Notes: generated by a model from the sequence alone, not told the origin. Counted from the first letter of the stretch, positions 26,383 to 36,850 are shown. The stretch is 63,692 nt of DNA from Candidatus Woesearchaeota archaeon (GCA_038868995.1 JAWCRZ010000006.1:1-63692), one strand, 5' to 3'. Translations and numbers: made by a program.

Positions 26383-29187
26383 ATGGCACTTGACTTTCAC
26401 AAGCTCGCGCGCAAATGGCAAAGAAGATGGAAAACACAACACGTGTTTGAAGCAGACCCGGACACGAGCAAACAGAAGTTCTTTCTGACAACACCATATC
26501 CATATGTCAACGGACTATTGCATTTGGGGCACACTTATACGTATGCGCGCGTTGAAGTATTCTCACGATTCAAAAGAATGAGAGGATACAATGTACTTTT
26601 CCCGTTTGCATTCCACGCAACCGGAAGCCCGATAGAGACAGCTGCAAAAAGAGTTGCAGAGAAAGAAGAGAAACAGATAAGCACGCTCAAGCTGATGGGA
26701 TTTACGGATGAGCAGATTCCAGAATTCAAAGATCCAGTCCACTGGATTAAGACGTTCTCAAAAGCAGCAGAGAAAGATTTGACAGCATACGGACTAAGCA
26801 TTGACTGGAGAAGAAGCTTCATAACAACCGATTTGAATCCGCGATATGACAAGTTCATCAAATGGCAGTTTAATACGTTGAAAAAGAAAGGACTGGTGGC
26901 ACAAGGAAGCCATCCAGTCGTCTGGTGCCCGAAAGAAAACACACCAGTAGGAGACCACGCCCGCTCAGAAGGAGAAGGAGAAGTGCCAAACGAAATGGTT
27001 GTTCTCAAATTCAGAGCAGACGGGCACATCCTGCCCTGCGCAACTTTCAGACCAGAAACAATATTTGGAGTGACGAACATCTGGGTGAATCCTGACATTA
27101 CATATATTGAGGCGGATGTTGACGGAGAGCATTGGATAATAACAGAACAATGCGCAGCAAAACTACGGGACCAGAAGCACAACATAAAAGAGTTACGGAA
27201 AATTTCCTGCAAAGAGATTGTTGGAACACAAGTTACAAATCCAGCGACTGGAACAAAAATTCCAGTGTTCCCGGCACACTTTGTTACAGCTGATACCGGC
27301 ACAGGCATTGTCATGAGCGTGCCCAGCCACGCACCATTTGACTGGATGGCATTAAAAGAACTACAAGATGCGAATTATCCAGGAGCAAAAGCGATTAAGC
27401 CAATTTCACTAATTTCAGCAGAAGGATTTGGCGAACATCCAGCAGTCGAGATGTGCCAGAAACTTGGAACAAAGAACACAAAAGACCCAAAAGTCGAGGA
27501 AGCAACAAAAGAAGTTTACAAAAAAGAATTCCACACAGGAAAATTAAAGCAGAATACAGGAAAATATGCAGGAAAAACAATACAGCAGGCAAAACCAGAG
27601 ATAATTGAGGACTTCACTGCAGAGAAAAAAGCCATCATTCTTTACGAACTGATGAATCCAGTTATTTGCAGGTGCCTTGCACGCTGCCATGTGAAAATAG
27701 TGGACAACCAGTGGTTCCTGAAATATGGAGATACTGCCTGGAAACAGCAGGCAATGAAATGCCTGCAAGAAATGAAACTATACCCGGAAAAAGTCAGACC
27801 GCAGTTTGAATACGTCATCGACTGGCTGCGCGACTGGGCATGCACACGCGAATTCGGAATGGGAACATCCCTGCCATGGGACAATAAATGGAAAATAGAG
27901 AGTTTAAGCGACAGCACAATTTACAATGCATACTATACAATTGCGCATTTATTGAAAAAAGTGCCGCTGGGCAAGATAAAAGACCGGCTGTTTGACTACG
28001 TATTCTTAGGAGTTGGTAATGCAGATGAAATAGGCGTGGACGCCAAACTTCTGCAAGACATGCGCAGAGAGTTTACATACTGGTATCCAGTTGACTTCAG
28101 AAATTCAGGCAAGGACCTGGTACAAAATCATCTGGCATTCTACATTTTCAACCACACTGCCTGCTTCCCAGAACAATACTGGCCGCGCGGCATAGGCGTC
28201 AATGGCTACATAAACGTACAAAAACAGAAAATGAGCAAAAGCAAAGGCAACTTCAAAACACTGCGAGATGTTGTTACCGCCTACGGACCAGACATTACGC
28301 GCATTGCAATTCTCTCAACAGGTGAAGAGATGAACGATGTTGACTGGGACCCAGACCACGCAGACGCCATGAAAGGAAAATTAGAACAATGGTACGAGTT
28401 TGCAGTCAAATATTACGGGAAAAATGGCGCTACACGCGCAAAAAGCGAGATAGACAAATGGATGGAACATCAGCTGCACTCCGCTATTAAAGACGCGACA
28501 AATGCAATGGAAGAGACGTTATTTAGAACAGCAGTATCACGCGGATTCTTTGACCTGCAAAGGCATTTGAAATGGTACACGCGAAGGACTGCTGGCGAGA
28601 TGAACCAGGACGTGTTGAATCAGATAATTGAGGCACAGACATTGATGCTTGCACCATTTGCACCCCACCTATGCGAAGAAATATGGTACAAAATAGGCAA
28701 GCCACAAATGATTGTGAATGAGAAATATCCCCAGTACGATGAAAACAAGATAAATCCATCAATAGAACAGGCAGAAGCGCTCATGGGGCAGGTGCTGGAT
28801 GATGTTGCACAAGTATTGAAGCTGGCAAAAGTAGAAAAGCCAGTATTGGTAACATTGTTTGTTGCGCAGGACTGGAAAGCACAGCTTTTCAAAAGGTTAC
28901 GCGAAATATTTGCACAAACACGGGACTTCGGGCAGATAATGAAAATGGTTGCGGCGGAGTTCAAGGATAAAGAAGCATCAGGACTCGTGCAAAAGATTGT
29001 AAAAGACCCCAGCAAACTGCCTCTGCAGATTGCGCATCAAGAAGCAGAATACCAAAACTTAATTGACTCGATTGCATTTTTGAAACAGGAATTCGGATGC
29101 CCTGTTGAAATAATCAAGGAACAGGAAAGCACTGAAGCAAAAGCGAAACAAGCACTGCCGGGCAAGCCGGCGATACTGGTCAAATGA
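26383..29187 (+). CDS. leuS: Leucyl-tRNA synthetase (archaeal type)
   Basis: PYPYVNGLLHLGH, TFRPET, ESLSDSTIY, KMSKS; start MALDF at 26383. Confidence 0.95.
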   Translation: MALDFHKLARKWQRRWKTQHVFEADPDTSKQKFFLTTPYPYVNGLLHLGHTYTYARVEVFSRFKRMRGYNVLFPFAFHATGSPIETAAKRVAEKEEKQISTLKLMGFTDEQIPEFKDPVHWIKTFSKAAEKDLTAYGLSIDWRRSFITTDLNPRYDKFIKWQFNTLKKKGLVAQGSHPVVWCPKENTPVGDHARSEGEGEVPNEMVVLKFRADGHILPCATFRPETIFGVTNIWVNPDITYIEADVDGEHWIITEQCAAKLRDQKHNIKELRKISCKEIVGTQVTNPATGTKIPVFPAHFVTADTGTGIVMSVPSHAPFDWMALKELQDANYPGAKAIKPISLISAEGFGEHPAVEMCQKLGTKNTKDPKVEEATKEVYKKEFHTGKLKQNTGKYAGKTIQQAKPEIIEDFTAEKKAIILYELMNPVICRCLARCHVKIVDNQWFLKYGDTAWKQQAMKCLQEMKLYPEKVRPQFEYVIDWLRDWACTREFGMGTSLPWDNKWKIESLSDSTIYNAYYTIAHLLKKVPLGKIKDRLFDYVFLGVGNADEIGVDAKLLQDMRREFTYWYPVDFRNSGKDLVQNHLAFYIFNHTACFPEQYWPRGIGVNGYINVQKQKMSKSKGNFKTLRDVVTAYGPDITRIAILSTGEEMNDVDWDPDHADAMKGKLEQWYEFAVKYYGKNGATRAKSEIDKWMEHQLHSAIKDATNAMEETLFRTAVSRGFFDLQRHLKWYTRRTAGEMNQDVLNQIIEAQTLMLAPFAPHLCEEIWYKIGKPQMIVNEKYPQYDENKINPSIEQAEALMGQVLDDVAQVLKLAKVEKPVLVTLFVAQDWKAQLFKRLREIFAQTRDFGQIMKMVAAEFKDKEASGLVQKIVKDPSKLPLQIAHQEAEYQNLIDSIAFLKQEFGCPVEIIKEQESTEAKAKQALPGKPAILVK

Positions 29188-29714
29188 AGGAGATAGAAGT
29201 TAAGATTCTTGAGATTGATGTTGATGAAATACGAGACAAGCTGAAAAAACTTGGTGCGAAGAAAACATTTGACGGTGAAATGCACACCATAGTGTTTGAC
29301 ACGCCTGATGAAAAATTGAAGAAAAAAGGGCTGTTTTTAAGATTGAGGCAGGAGGGAAACAACGTGCACTTCTGCTTCAAGGGAAAAAAATATCCAACAA
29401 AAAAGTTCAAAGTCAGAGAAGAGATAGAATTAACTGTAAGCAGCATTAAAAATATGACCTCAATTCTGGAGAAGCTCGGATTTGTTAAAAAGTTTGAATA
29501 TGCCAAACACAGAGAACAGTACAAATGGGGAAAGATTTCATTTGACATTGACACTTACAGAAATATTCCAACTTTTCTTGAAATAGAAGCACCTACGGAA
29601 AAAGAAGTTGAGAAAGCTGTTGAAGCGCTAAGGTATACAATAAAAGACACAACAAACGCGAGCGCATCCGAGCTTTTTGAGAAACATAAGTCGGGCGGAC
29701 ACGTCCGGAAATGA
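29184..29714 (+). CDS. cyaB: Class IV adenylate cyclase / CYTH protein
   Basis: EIEVK, LRLR, FKG, REEIE, FLEIE. Confidence 0.85.
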   Translation: MKEIEVKILEIDVDEIRDKLKKLGAKKTFDGEMHTIVFDTPDEKLKKKGLFLRLRQEGNNVHFCFKGKKYPTKKFKVREEIELTVSSIKNMTSILEKLGFVKKFEYAKHREQYKWGKISFDIDTYRNIPTFLEIEAPTEKEVEKAVEALRYTIKDTTNASASELFEKHKSGGHVRK

Positions 29715-29965
29715 GACCACAAGTACACAAGAGTTTCGCCTCGTGCCTTTCTCGGTTCCGCAACCCGACAAGCATTGAGAACTACAGTTAGCGTTGCTCC
29801 CTTCCAGGCCTGGCGCGATTCCTGCAGCCACAATCCTGCCGGACAGAACGTCAGCGTCCAGCACAAGACTCCTGTGCAGATCGTGGGCTGCTTTCCGAAC
29901 TTCAGCACCGTTTAAAGCCCGTTAACGGTAACAGGAGAGGGCTAACCTCCCTGCCTAGTCCGCCC
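29693..29965 (-). ncRNA. ffs: Signal recognition particle (7S) RNA
   Basis: 5' GGGCGGACUAGGC pairs with 3' GUCCGCCC; helix 8 GCGCCAGGCCUGGAAGGGAGCAACGC; TATA at 29988-29995. Confidence 0.9.
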
Positions 29966-30008
29966 ACTTTAGACTGAGAATTAATGGTTTATAAATCTTA
30001 CGAGGGAA

Positions 30009-30893
30009 TTACTTTTCTGATTGAGAGGATTTAGGCGTCTTTGGAGCACCCATATCAAGAATAGTTTCTGAGTTAATACTGGCGCTTTCCGGAAGCACGA
30101 TGTCTTCTGCAGTCGGAACTTGCGTATTTGGCAATTTTTTCAAAGCGTTCTGAAAATAAGTCGACATTTCAACAAGCATGTTGTGGAATCCTTCAATTTT
30201 TGGCCCAACAACCTGCTTGAGCATCCTGGCATAAGCAAGCGCGCCAGAGATTTCCTTTGCGACCCTGGCATATTCCTGCTCCTGTTTTGCAATGGCGATT
30301 TGGAGCACCTTAAGTTCTTTTCTTGTTTCATTCAACTCACCCATTTTTCTTTCAAGATCGCCCTGCAGAATATCCAATTCCGCAGAACGCTTTTTTAATT
30401 CCAAATCATATGCGTTCACACGAGTCAGTTCGGCGTCGTAACGCTTGCCTTTCTCAATAACTTCGGCTTCACGCGCCTGTACCTGCTTAAAATAAGCCTG
30501 ATTTTCCCTCGCTATTCTTTCATCTTCCAGAGCTTTATCTCCAATCTCTTTCATTTTCTTCTCAATAGAAGCACGCTCGCGCTTAGTCAGATTATCAAAA
30601 TACAAAAGAAGAGAGTCACGCAACGCTTCAGTATTCTTAGGCAGCGCCTTGTCGATTTCAGCTATCTCGTTAAGGTAATTCTGGTAATTTTTACTTTTGG
30701 CAAACATTATTTCTTGCTTGTCAGGTGGAAAACTGTAAAGGCCTTCGCCTGTCATATACCATGCCTTTAGGTCCTCTTTTCTCTTGGCAGCGTCACCCTC
30801 GGCAAGGATTTTAGCCAATTCATCTATTGTCTTGAATCCAGCAGGCAAGGCTTTCAGTATTTCTTCCTTCCTGATGCGCTTCGTCTCACTCAT
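30009..30893 (-). CDS. Hypothetical coiled-coil protein
   Basis: 294 aa, long E/K/L heptad region, GGTGGTG RBS. Confidence 0.7.
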   Translation of the reverse strand: MSETKRIRKEEILKALPAGFKTIDELAKILAEGDAAKRKEDLKAWYMTGEGLYSFPPDKQEIMFAKSKNYQNYLNEIAEIDKALPKNTEALRDSLLLYFDNLTKRERASIEKKMKEIGDKALEDERIARENQAYFKQVQAREAEVIEKGKRYDAELTRVNAYDLELKKRSAELDILQGDLERKMGELNETRKELKVLQIAIAKQEQEYARVAKEISGALAYARMLKQVVGPKIEGFHNMLVEMSTYFQNALKKLPNTQVPTAEDIVLPESASINSETILDMGAPKTPKSSQSEK

Positions 30894-30996
30894 ACACCAC
30901 CATGTAGTAGTAGCGTATTAATAAAACTTTCGGAATGCAATACTCTCGCTTTGAGACAACAAATCATTTTATAGATGAGCCTTTTCATTTATTGCC

Positions 30997-31473
30997 ATGG
31001 CGCCAAAGATACACTTTGGGCAGGACGCCTTTCTTATACACATACGGGAATCCCACATCTTAGTAGGCAATGGGCCCGGCTTCATGGACGTTGAAATAGC
31101 AGCAACTGTAAAGGCAGACGGAATTGAAGAAAAGAAAAACATAGGGGACATAATCGCAACAAAGAAAAAAGAAGGAATAATTGTGCGACTGCCTGACACG
31201 ACCATCAGTTACGTGTATGCGGCCGGTGCAAAGCCAAAAGAATACGAGGCAGACGTGCTAGTTCTCACAACACCTGATGAAAAGCTCATCAGCAAAATAC
31301 GGCCAAAACTATGCGTGCTCATGAACAGCACGTTGTACGATGCGCGGGAATTGCACAAAAAAACAGGAGTCCAGGTGATTGCAGCGCAACACGGACTTAC
31401 AATAGACCTTTCAGATTATAATGCGATGTCACAACAGAAAGCACTTTCTCAGTTTACAACAAAAGAAGAGTAA
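30997..31473 (+). CDS. Hypothetical protein, possibly a degenerate MBL-fold remnant
   Basis: IHFGQDAFLI start and ADVLVL...IRPKLCV resemble MBL edges; no HxHxDH. Confidence 0.55.
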   Translation: MAPKIHFGQDAFLIHIRESHILVGNGPGFMDVEIAATVKADGIEEKKNIGDIIATKKKEGIIVRLPDTTISYVYAAGAKPKEYEADVLVLTTPDEKLISKIRPKLCVLMNSTLYDARELHKKTGVQVIAAQHGLTIDLSDYNAMSQQKALSQFTTKEE

Positions 31474-32317
31474 TGACGTAGCCAAAAGCGCAGCCGGCAG
31501 TGAGAAAAGGCATTGCGGGATAGAACTTGTCGCGCTGGCTCAACAAAAGCAAAATGAAAAGAGCAGCTGTTGCCCCAAGAGAAACGACAAAAGCATTTAA
31601 AAAGCCAGAGGCGACCAAAACGGTGCCGGCAAAAATAAGAGGAAAGCCAATATCACCGCCGCCAAGAACAGCGGTGCGAACCTGCTTCTTCACACCGCGC
31701 GCCTTCGGCACACGATAAGGCAAAAGCAGACCGGCAAAAATACCGCTCTTTGTCTGGAACTTTGCCATCTTAATCATGTGCCTGCTGCGCCAGACAGCAT
31801 ACATATCGTAAATTGACAAAGCAAGCAGGAGAATAAAAGAGTAAAAAACATTCAGAATAGGCACGAAAATGGCGGCAAGGCCACCATACAGCAAAAGCTC
31901 TGTTGCGTTATGAATATAGATATTAGGCCTAAAAATCTTGAAAAAGCCCAAGACAAGCGCAAGAATAAATGAATACAAGGCAGGAATAAAAACGGCAAGA
32001 GCTATCTGAAGGCAAAGCACAACGGCAAAAAAGAACCACAACTTCCAGAGCAACACCTTCCCCAGCTTAATGATTAGAAGGATAAGCAGTGTTCCAATCA
32101 AGACAGCACCGACAATATACCAAATACTGAACTGCGGCTCAACATCAGGACGCTTAATCTTCATTCCGGCAACGGCAGGCAGGTCCTTCCAGACAATTTC
32201 ACCCTTCTCTTCAGATGCCGCACGGTCAATATAGGATGCTGTAATCTGCAGACCAACAAGCTGGGCGCAGAAAAATAACACAAGCAGAGAGCAAGTTACT
32301 ATCCATGTATGTTTCAT
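31454..32317 (-). CDS. Presenilin/SPP-family intramembrane aspartyl protease
   Basis: IYDMYAV, LGGGD, PAMPF; start MKHTW at 32317. Confidence 0.9.
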   Translation of the reverse strand: MKHTWIVTCSLLVLFFCAQLVGLQITASYIDRAASEEKGEIVWKDLPAVAGMKIKRPDVEPQFSIWYIVGAVLIGTLLILLIIKLGKVLLWKLWFFFAVVLCLQIALAVFIPALYSFILALVLGFFKIFRPNIYIHNATELLLYGGLAAIFVPILNVFYSFILLLALSIYDMYAVWRSRHMIKMAKFQTKSGIFAGLLLPYRVPKARGVKKQVRTAVLGGGDIGFPLIFAGTVLVASGFLNAFVVSLGATAALFILLLLSQRDKFYPAMPFLTAGCAFGYVITLLLL

Positions 32318-32367
32318 TACTCTGTCAAAAGTCAAGCTTTTTATAAAATTACCTGTTTCAGACAGGA

Positions 32368-32829
32368 ATGCGATGGGTGCACAGGGTAACATTAACCGCA
32401 TTTGCAAAACCAGAAGAAAATGTTGAAGCAATAAGAGAAGGAATAAAGGCATTGGTGCCATTCAACCTGGAAAATGAAAAACTAAGTTTGCAAATGCAGA
32501 ATGCAGAAGGATTTGAAGAAAGAATCATAAAGATTTTCACTATTGTTTTGACAAAAGAAAAGCACACCAATGATTTCCTGCAATTTTTACTTGATTCGCT
32601 AAACGAAGAACAGAAAAAAATGCTGATTTCGCAGGCAGAAAGCCGGCTTGATGCCGAATATGACTTTTTCATACGAATTGACAAAAATGAATGGATTCAA
32701 GAGAGGAAAATTGAACTAACTGACACGGGCAACTGCTTCCACATAAAAATGTCCCTGGCGGTTTTCCCAAAAAAGAAAGAAACAGCACTGCAACTTGTGC
32801 AGAAAATGTTTGCCCAGAAAAATATATAA
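32368..32829 (+). CDS. Archaeal RNA-binding protein (COG1325-like, putative exosome-associated)
   Basis: AFAKPEENVEAI, FFIRIDK, CFHIKM pattern. Confidence 0.7.
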   Translation: MRWVHRVTLTAFAKPEENVEAIREGIKALVPFNLENEKLSLQMQNAEGFEERIIKIFTIVLTKEKHTNDFLQFLLDSLNEEQKKMLISQAESRLDAEYDFFIRIDKNEWIQERKIELTDTGNCFHIKMSLAVFPKKKETALQLVQKMFAQKNI

Positions 32830-32853
32830 ACAGAGCCACCGATAAGTCCAAAT

Positions 32854-33066
32854 ATGAAAGCACGCTATGCACCACTGAAAACCAGCTTCATGATGATAGC
32901 AATGATAGGATTCCTGGTCAGCGCGCTATACATACCAAAAATTTCACGCACATGGGCATTTACATTCGGGCTTCTATTCACCTTAATGTTCGTTGCAAGC
33001 TTAATTTCAATGGTCAGGGCAACGCCAGACGAACAACTGGCACCACGGCCAAAAGAAATAGAGTAG
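32854..33066 (+). CDS. Small two-TM membrane protein
   Basis: SFMMIAMIGF...WAFTFGLLFTLMFVASLISM. Confidence 0.7.
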   Translation: MKARYAPLKTSFMMIAMIGFLVSALYIPKISRTWAFTFGLLFTLMFVASLISMVRATPDEQLAPRPKEIE

Positions 33067-33075
33067 GAGGTTAAA

Positions 33076-33879
33076 ATGAAAACATATTGGGTTTTGGGAA
33101 TTATTGCACTGCTATTCCTGGCAGCATGCGCGCCACAAGCAATGCCTGAAAAAGAAGAAAAAGAGACATTAGTGCCATCTGAAGAAAAAGCACCGGTTTC
33201 AGAACCTGTAACAGAACCGGTCAAAGAACCGGAAATCGGAAGGCAGCCACCAGCACGTGCATTGCCATCAGAAAGAACAACAGCTCCACCACCATCAGAA
33301 GTAATAGTAGAGCAGAAAGTCACAATAAGCCCTGCCCTGCGCGACCTGCTGAAAAGAGCAGACGAGAAAATCTCCTCGCTCAAATACCTATACGGAGGAA
33401 CCGACACCAAAAACCTTTTCCTTGACACATACCACATCAAAGGAACAAAGATGAAAATAAAGAAATACGAAGAAGACTACTACGTCAGAGAAGGATATTA
33501 CGACACCATCTATGTCGACAGAGGAATTGCCTGCTGCGAAGAACGCGCACGCTGCAAAAGCGCAAATATAGACAACACAGGCAAGAAGTTTGACATAGAC
33601 ACGTCACTGCTGAAAATAGCAAAAACACCATACCAATGGGTCAAAGAAGTCCCAGCAGACGCCAAGATAATAGGCCCCCAGACGGTAAACAGCAGAAGCG
33701 TTACATTTGTTACGTACAACTTGCCTGACGGTGCAGAAGTCCAGATGTGGATAGATGACACATACGGAGTACCGCACAAAGTGATTGTAGTCAAAGGCGA
33801 CACGCAGATAAAACACCAGTTCAACGATATGACTTTCAACTCATTGAAGGACTCTGATTTCGTGCCACCGTGCGCATAA
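33076..33879 (+). CDS. Putative lipoprotein
   Basis: Signal peptide with LAAC lipobox, Pro/Glu linker, beta-rich C-domain; GGAGG RBS. Confidence 0.75.
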   Translation: MKTYWVLGIIALLFLAACAPQAMPEKEEKETLVPSEEKAPVSEPVTEPVKEPEIGRQPPARALPSERTTAPPPSEVIVEQKVTISPALRDLLKRADEKISSLKYLYGGTDTKNLFLDTYHIKGTKMKIKKYEEDYYVREGYYDTIYVDRGIACCEERARCKSANIDNTGKKFDIDTSLLKIAKTPYQWVKEVPADAKIIGPQTVNSRSVTFVTYNLPDGAEVQMWIDDTYGVPHKVIVVKGDTQIKHQFNDMTFNSLKDSDFVPPCA

Positions 33880-33962
33880 CTTACTTTATTTTTAATATTC
33901 TTTATTTTTAGAAAATTAACCACGCAGCAATATAAAAATGGGAACCGCCGCTATCTTTGCAG

Positions 33963-35291
33963 TCAGAATTCAAAAGCTTTCTTCACTTCGGTAATCAAGC
34001 CAGGAGCGCCTCCACCATGCCAGCTCATTCTCGGACGGACTCGCATAGGAAAAATACGTTCATTCACATCGTCTATAGCCAAACAAACACCGGCAACACG
34101 AGGCAGATTTGCCAGCTCCTTGTCAAGGCCGACGCGAAGATAACTCTGCAACAAAGCACCAAGAGCGTCGATGTCAACCTTGGCAGTCAAACGGTGCGCG
34201 AGAATAATATCGGACTGCGTCATAGCATCTGTATGAATCTTGCCCGGCTGCTGCGTGGCAAGAACCAATGCTATTCCAGGCTGGCGGCCTTCGCGCAAAA
34301 GAGTGATTAAAGCATCAGAACTTGCCGTTTTGCCGACGTTCGGCAGGAATTCATGCGCCTCATCAATCATAATCCAACAAATAGGCATTTCGGACCCCTT
34401 TGGCTCCTCATGCTCTTCCAAAAGATAATGCACTGCCTGATGAACAGCGGCATATTCCTCATCTTTTCTCGCCTTCATCCGCTCCATAAACAATTTATTA
34501 CAGACAAGACCCATAACAAGATGCTTGATACGCCAGCCGTTAGGCATAACGGCATAAGCAGACAAGTCAAGAACAGTAATCTGGCCTGACTGAGCAAGCT
34601 CCTTCATCGGTGTAGCATCCGGGCGGAACAAACCCCATTCCTCAACTGCAAGAAAACGGTTTTTCGCCGCCTGTTTTGTATGCAAATCTTCGGTCTTATC
34701 AGCATCAATCGTTTCGATAATATCAGGAATATCGTACTGGCCATGAGTTTTTCTCAGCTCCAAAACAATACGCTCGATAAAAACAGCAACAGGGTCTGTT
34801 GTCTCAATTTCAAAAGTGAGATTCCAGTCCTCAGGAGACAGTTCAGCAGGGTTTAATGCAAAAGGAACATCTGTTGGAATGCCCAATTCCTTCCACCGCT
34901 TGAAAAAACCAAAAGGCGTGTAAATTTTCACATCTATTGATTTGCCTTCCATGCCCCACTCTTTCAGCAGTGCCTCATCCTTATGATTAGGGTATTTCAT
35001 CGTCCAATAAATTCCCATAGTGTCAAGAAGAACAACAGAAAGGCGGCTGCGCATTTCAGACGGCAGCTGGGAAATCCCCTCGGCGATAACTCCAAGGCAA
35101 TACGACTTTCCTGACCCGCGCTTCCCGCAGACAAAGACAACATGCGCCTTGTTGAGGTCGAGATAAACCGGCTGTGAAAGCGTTGTAACAGCGCCCATCT
35201 TGACATAATGCTTGCCTAATAGAATCGTGCCTAAAGTTCCCCACTTTGCCTGATCGGCGGCTTCCCTGCCCAGAATAATCTCATACACCAT
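33963..35291 (-). CDS. HerA/FtsK-like ATPase (DUF87)
   Basis: GKRGSGKS, LDTMG, MIDEAH, REGRQPG, ATQQP. Confidence 0.88.
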   Translation of the reverse strand: MVYEIILGREAADQAKWGTLGTILLGKHYVKMGAVTTLSQPVYLDLNKAHVVFVCGKRGSGKSYCLGVIAEGISQLPSEMRSRLSVVLLDTMGIYWTMKYPNHKDEALLKEWGMEGKSIDVKIYTPFGFFKRWKELGIPTDVPFALNPAELSPEDWNLTFEIETTDPVAVFIERIVLELRKTHGQYDIPDIIETIDADKTEDLHTKQAAKNRFLAVEEWGLFRPDATPMKELAQSGQITVLDLSAYAVMPNGWRIKHLVMGLVCNKLFMERMKARKDEEYAAVHQAVHYLLEEHEEPKGSEMPICWIMIDEAHEFLPNVGKTASSDALITLLREGRQPGIALVLATQQPGKIHTDAMTQSDIILAHRLTAKVDIDALGALLQSYLRVGLDKELANLPRVAGVCLAIDDVNERIFPMRVRPRMSWHGGGAPGLITEVKKAFEF

Positions 35292-35330
35292 CTTTTGAAT
35301 GAAAATGAAAAAAGAAGTATAAAAAGGTAC

Positions 35331-36575
35331 TTACAGCATTGCTGCAGTAACTATGTTAATCCTGCAGTCCGCAGGATCAACCTTTGAGTCCATCGCAATA
35401 ATGTGCTTGATGGTCGATTTCTCGGCAATTTCAACAAGCCCCGGCTCGACAATGCCATCAAACACAACAGCATAAACGCCAGTGTTCAAAGAGCGCAATG
35501 TAGAGTTCAGCTCGGTGAATGGAACCTTGCCAAGAACATTCATCTTCTCATCAAGAACATAGGCACCCCTTGTGCCAATAAGCCCTTCAAGCATCTCGCC
35601 CAATCGCTTCTTTTCATCATCACGCAAGATTGGCCTGCTTGATGGTCTTGAAGCCGGAGCGGGACGAACGCCCTGCTGAGGACGATGAGGTGGCAAAGGC
35701 CGCGCAATCATCGGCTTTCTAATGCTCTCACTCGTGTTCATTGAAGCAAGCTCAAGCTTTGCCTGCTCTGCAGTGATTCTTGAGCGGAGAGCTTTGTGGA
35801 TTTCCTTCTTCGCAAGCTCCTCAACTTCCTTTCCATCAGGCGCACGCGTAACGAAGTCAATCTCGGCAATGTTCAGCAAATCGCGAAGGATAAGATTGCC
35901 TCCGCGGTCACCATCCACAAATGCCACAATGTCTTTCCTGTGGCTGAGCTCGACAATTGTCGGCGGAATAGAAGTACCGTTCATTGCAATAACATTCTTG
36001 AAGCCGTGCTTCAACAAATTGACAACGTCTGCACGGCCTTCCACAACGATGACTTCGTCTGCTTCATCAATGCCAGGACCTGCAGGCAAACGGTCCTTGC
36101 CATATTCGGTCACTTCCATAACACGGACTGAATGAGCAACCTCGTCTGCTATCTCCTGCGAATCAGGCATGACAGAATCCATCATCTGCTTCAAGAGCTG
36201 TTTGGCACGCTCAACTACAAAATTTCTCTTGCTGATGCGGACATCCTCAATATTATGAACCTTGACTTTTGCATTGCAAGGGCCGATTCGCTGTATGACT
36301 TCCAAAGCAGCGCCGACAATTGCGGTTTCCGCCTTGTCCAAGGAACTTGGAATTATAATCTGACCAATGCTCTTGCCACCTTTAGTTTCCATATTGACTT
36401 CTATCCTGCCAATACGACCAGAGCGCTGAAGCTCCCTCAATTCAAGGTCTTCGCCCAACAAGCCCTCGGTCTGGCCAAAAACAGCGCCAATGACGTCGGG
36501 TCTGTCAACAACGCCTTCAACTTCAATAGTCGCGTTGACTATGTATTTTGATGATACTGGACTGATTTTTCCCAT
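35331..36575 (-). CDS. dnaG: Archaeal DnaG (TOPRIM, exosome-associated)
   Basis: GAVFGQTEGLLG, GRIGRI, VEGRADV, DGDRGG. Confidence 0.95.
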   Translation of the reverse strand: MGKISPVSSKYIVNATIEVEGVVDRPDVIGAVFGQTEGLLGEDLELRELQRSGRIGRIEVNMETKGGKSIGQIIIPSSLDKAETAIVGAALEVIQRIGPCNAKVKVHNIEDVRISKRNFVVERAKQLLKQMMDSVMPDSQEIADEVAHSVRVMEVTEYGKDRLPAGPGIDEADEVIVVEGRADVVNLLKHGFKNVIAMNGTSIPPTIVELSHRKDIVAFVDGDRGGNLILRDLLNIAEIDFVTRAPDGKEVEELAKKEIHKALRSRITAEQAKLELASMNTSESIRKPMIARPLPPHRPQQGVRPAPASRPSSRPILRDDEKKRLGEMLEGLIGTRGAYVLDEKMNVLGKVPFTELNSTLRSLNTGVYAVVFDGIVEPGLVEIAEKSTIKHIIAMDSKVDPADCRINIVTAAML

Positions 36576-36749
36576 TTTGGTTTCCCCCTATACGGCTGAA
36601 AAAGAACAAGACAAGCTAATACCGGCTAAATCAGGCGTATTTAAGCTGATTCTTGTCGGAATTGGCTTATTTTTAGTTTCATTTGATGATTAAATGAATG
36701 TTATTGTTGGCTTGTCCTATTTCAGCTCATATATGATTTTGAGCTTCAA

Positions 36750-36850
36750 AAAGGTCTTGTAGCCCCAGACACTAACCCCCAACGGTCATTGCTTGGCAAA
36801 GCCGACAGCTAAGTTGGGTACTCTCGTGAAGGGCCGTTATTATGACCTTT
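36750..36850 (-). ncRNA. Candidate structured RNA upstream of dnaG
   Basis: GC-rich 100 nt closed by AAAGGTC/GACCTTT with nested stems, downstream of a minus-strand TATA (~36881-36888). Confidence 0.5.

Noticed and set aside
29555-29908. ORFs over the SRP RNA (and 54066-54354 over RNase P RNA, 63184-63591 over tRNA-Leu)
   Set aside because: Open frames arising in GC-rich structural RNA genes.
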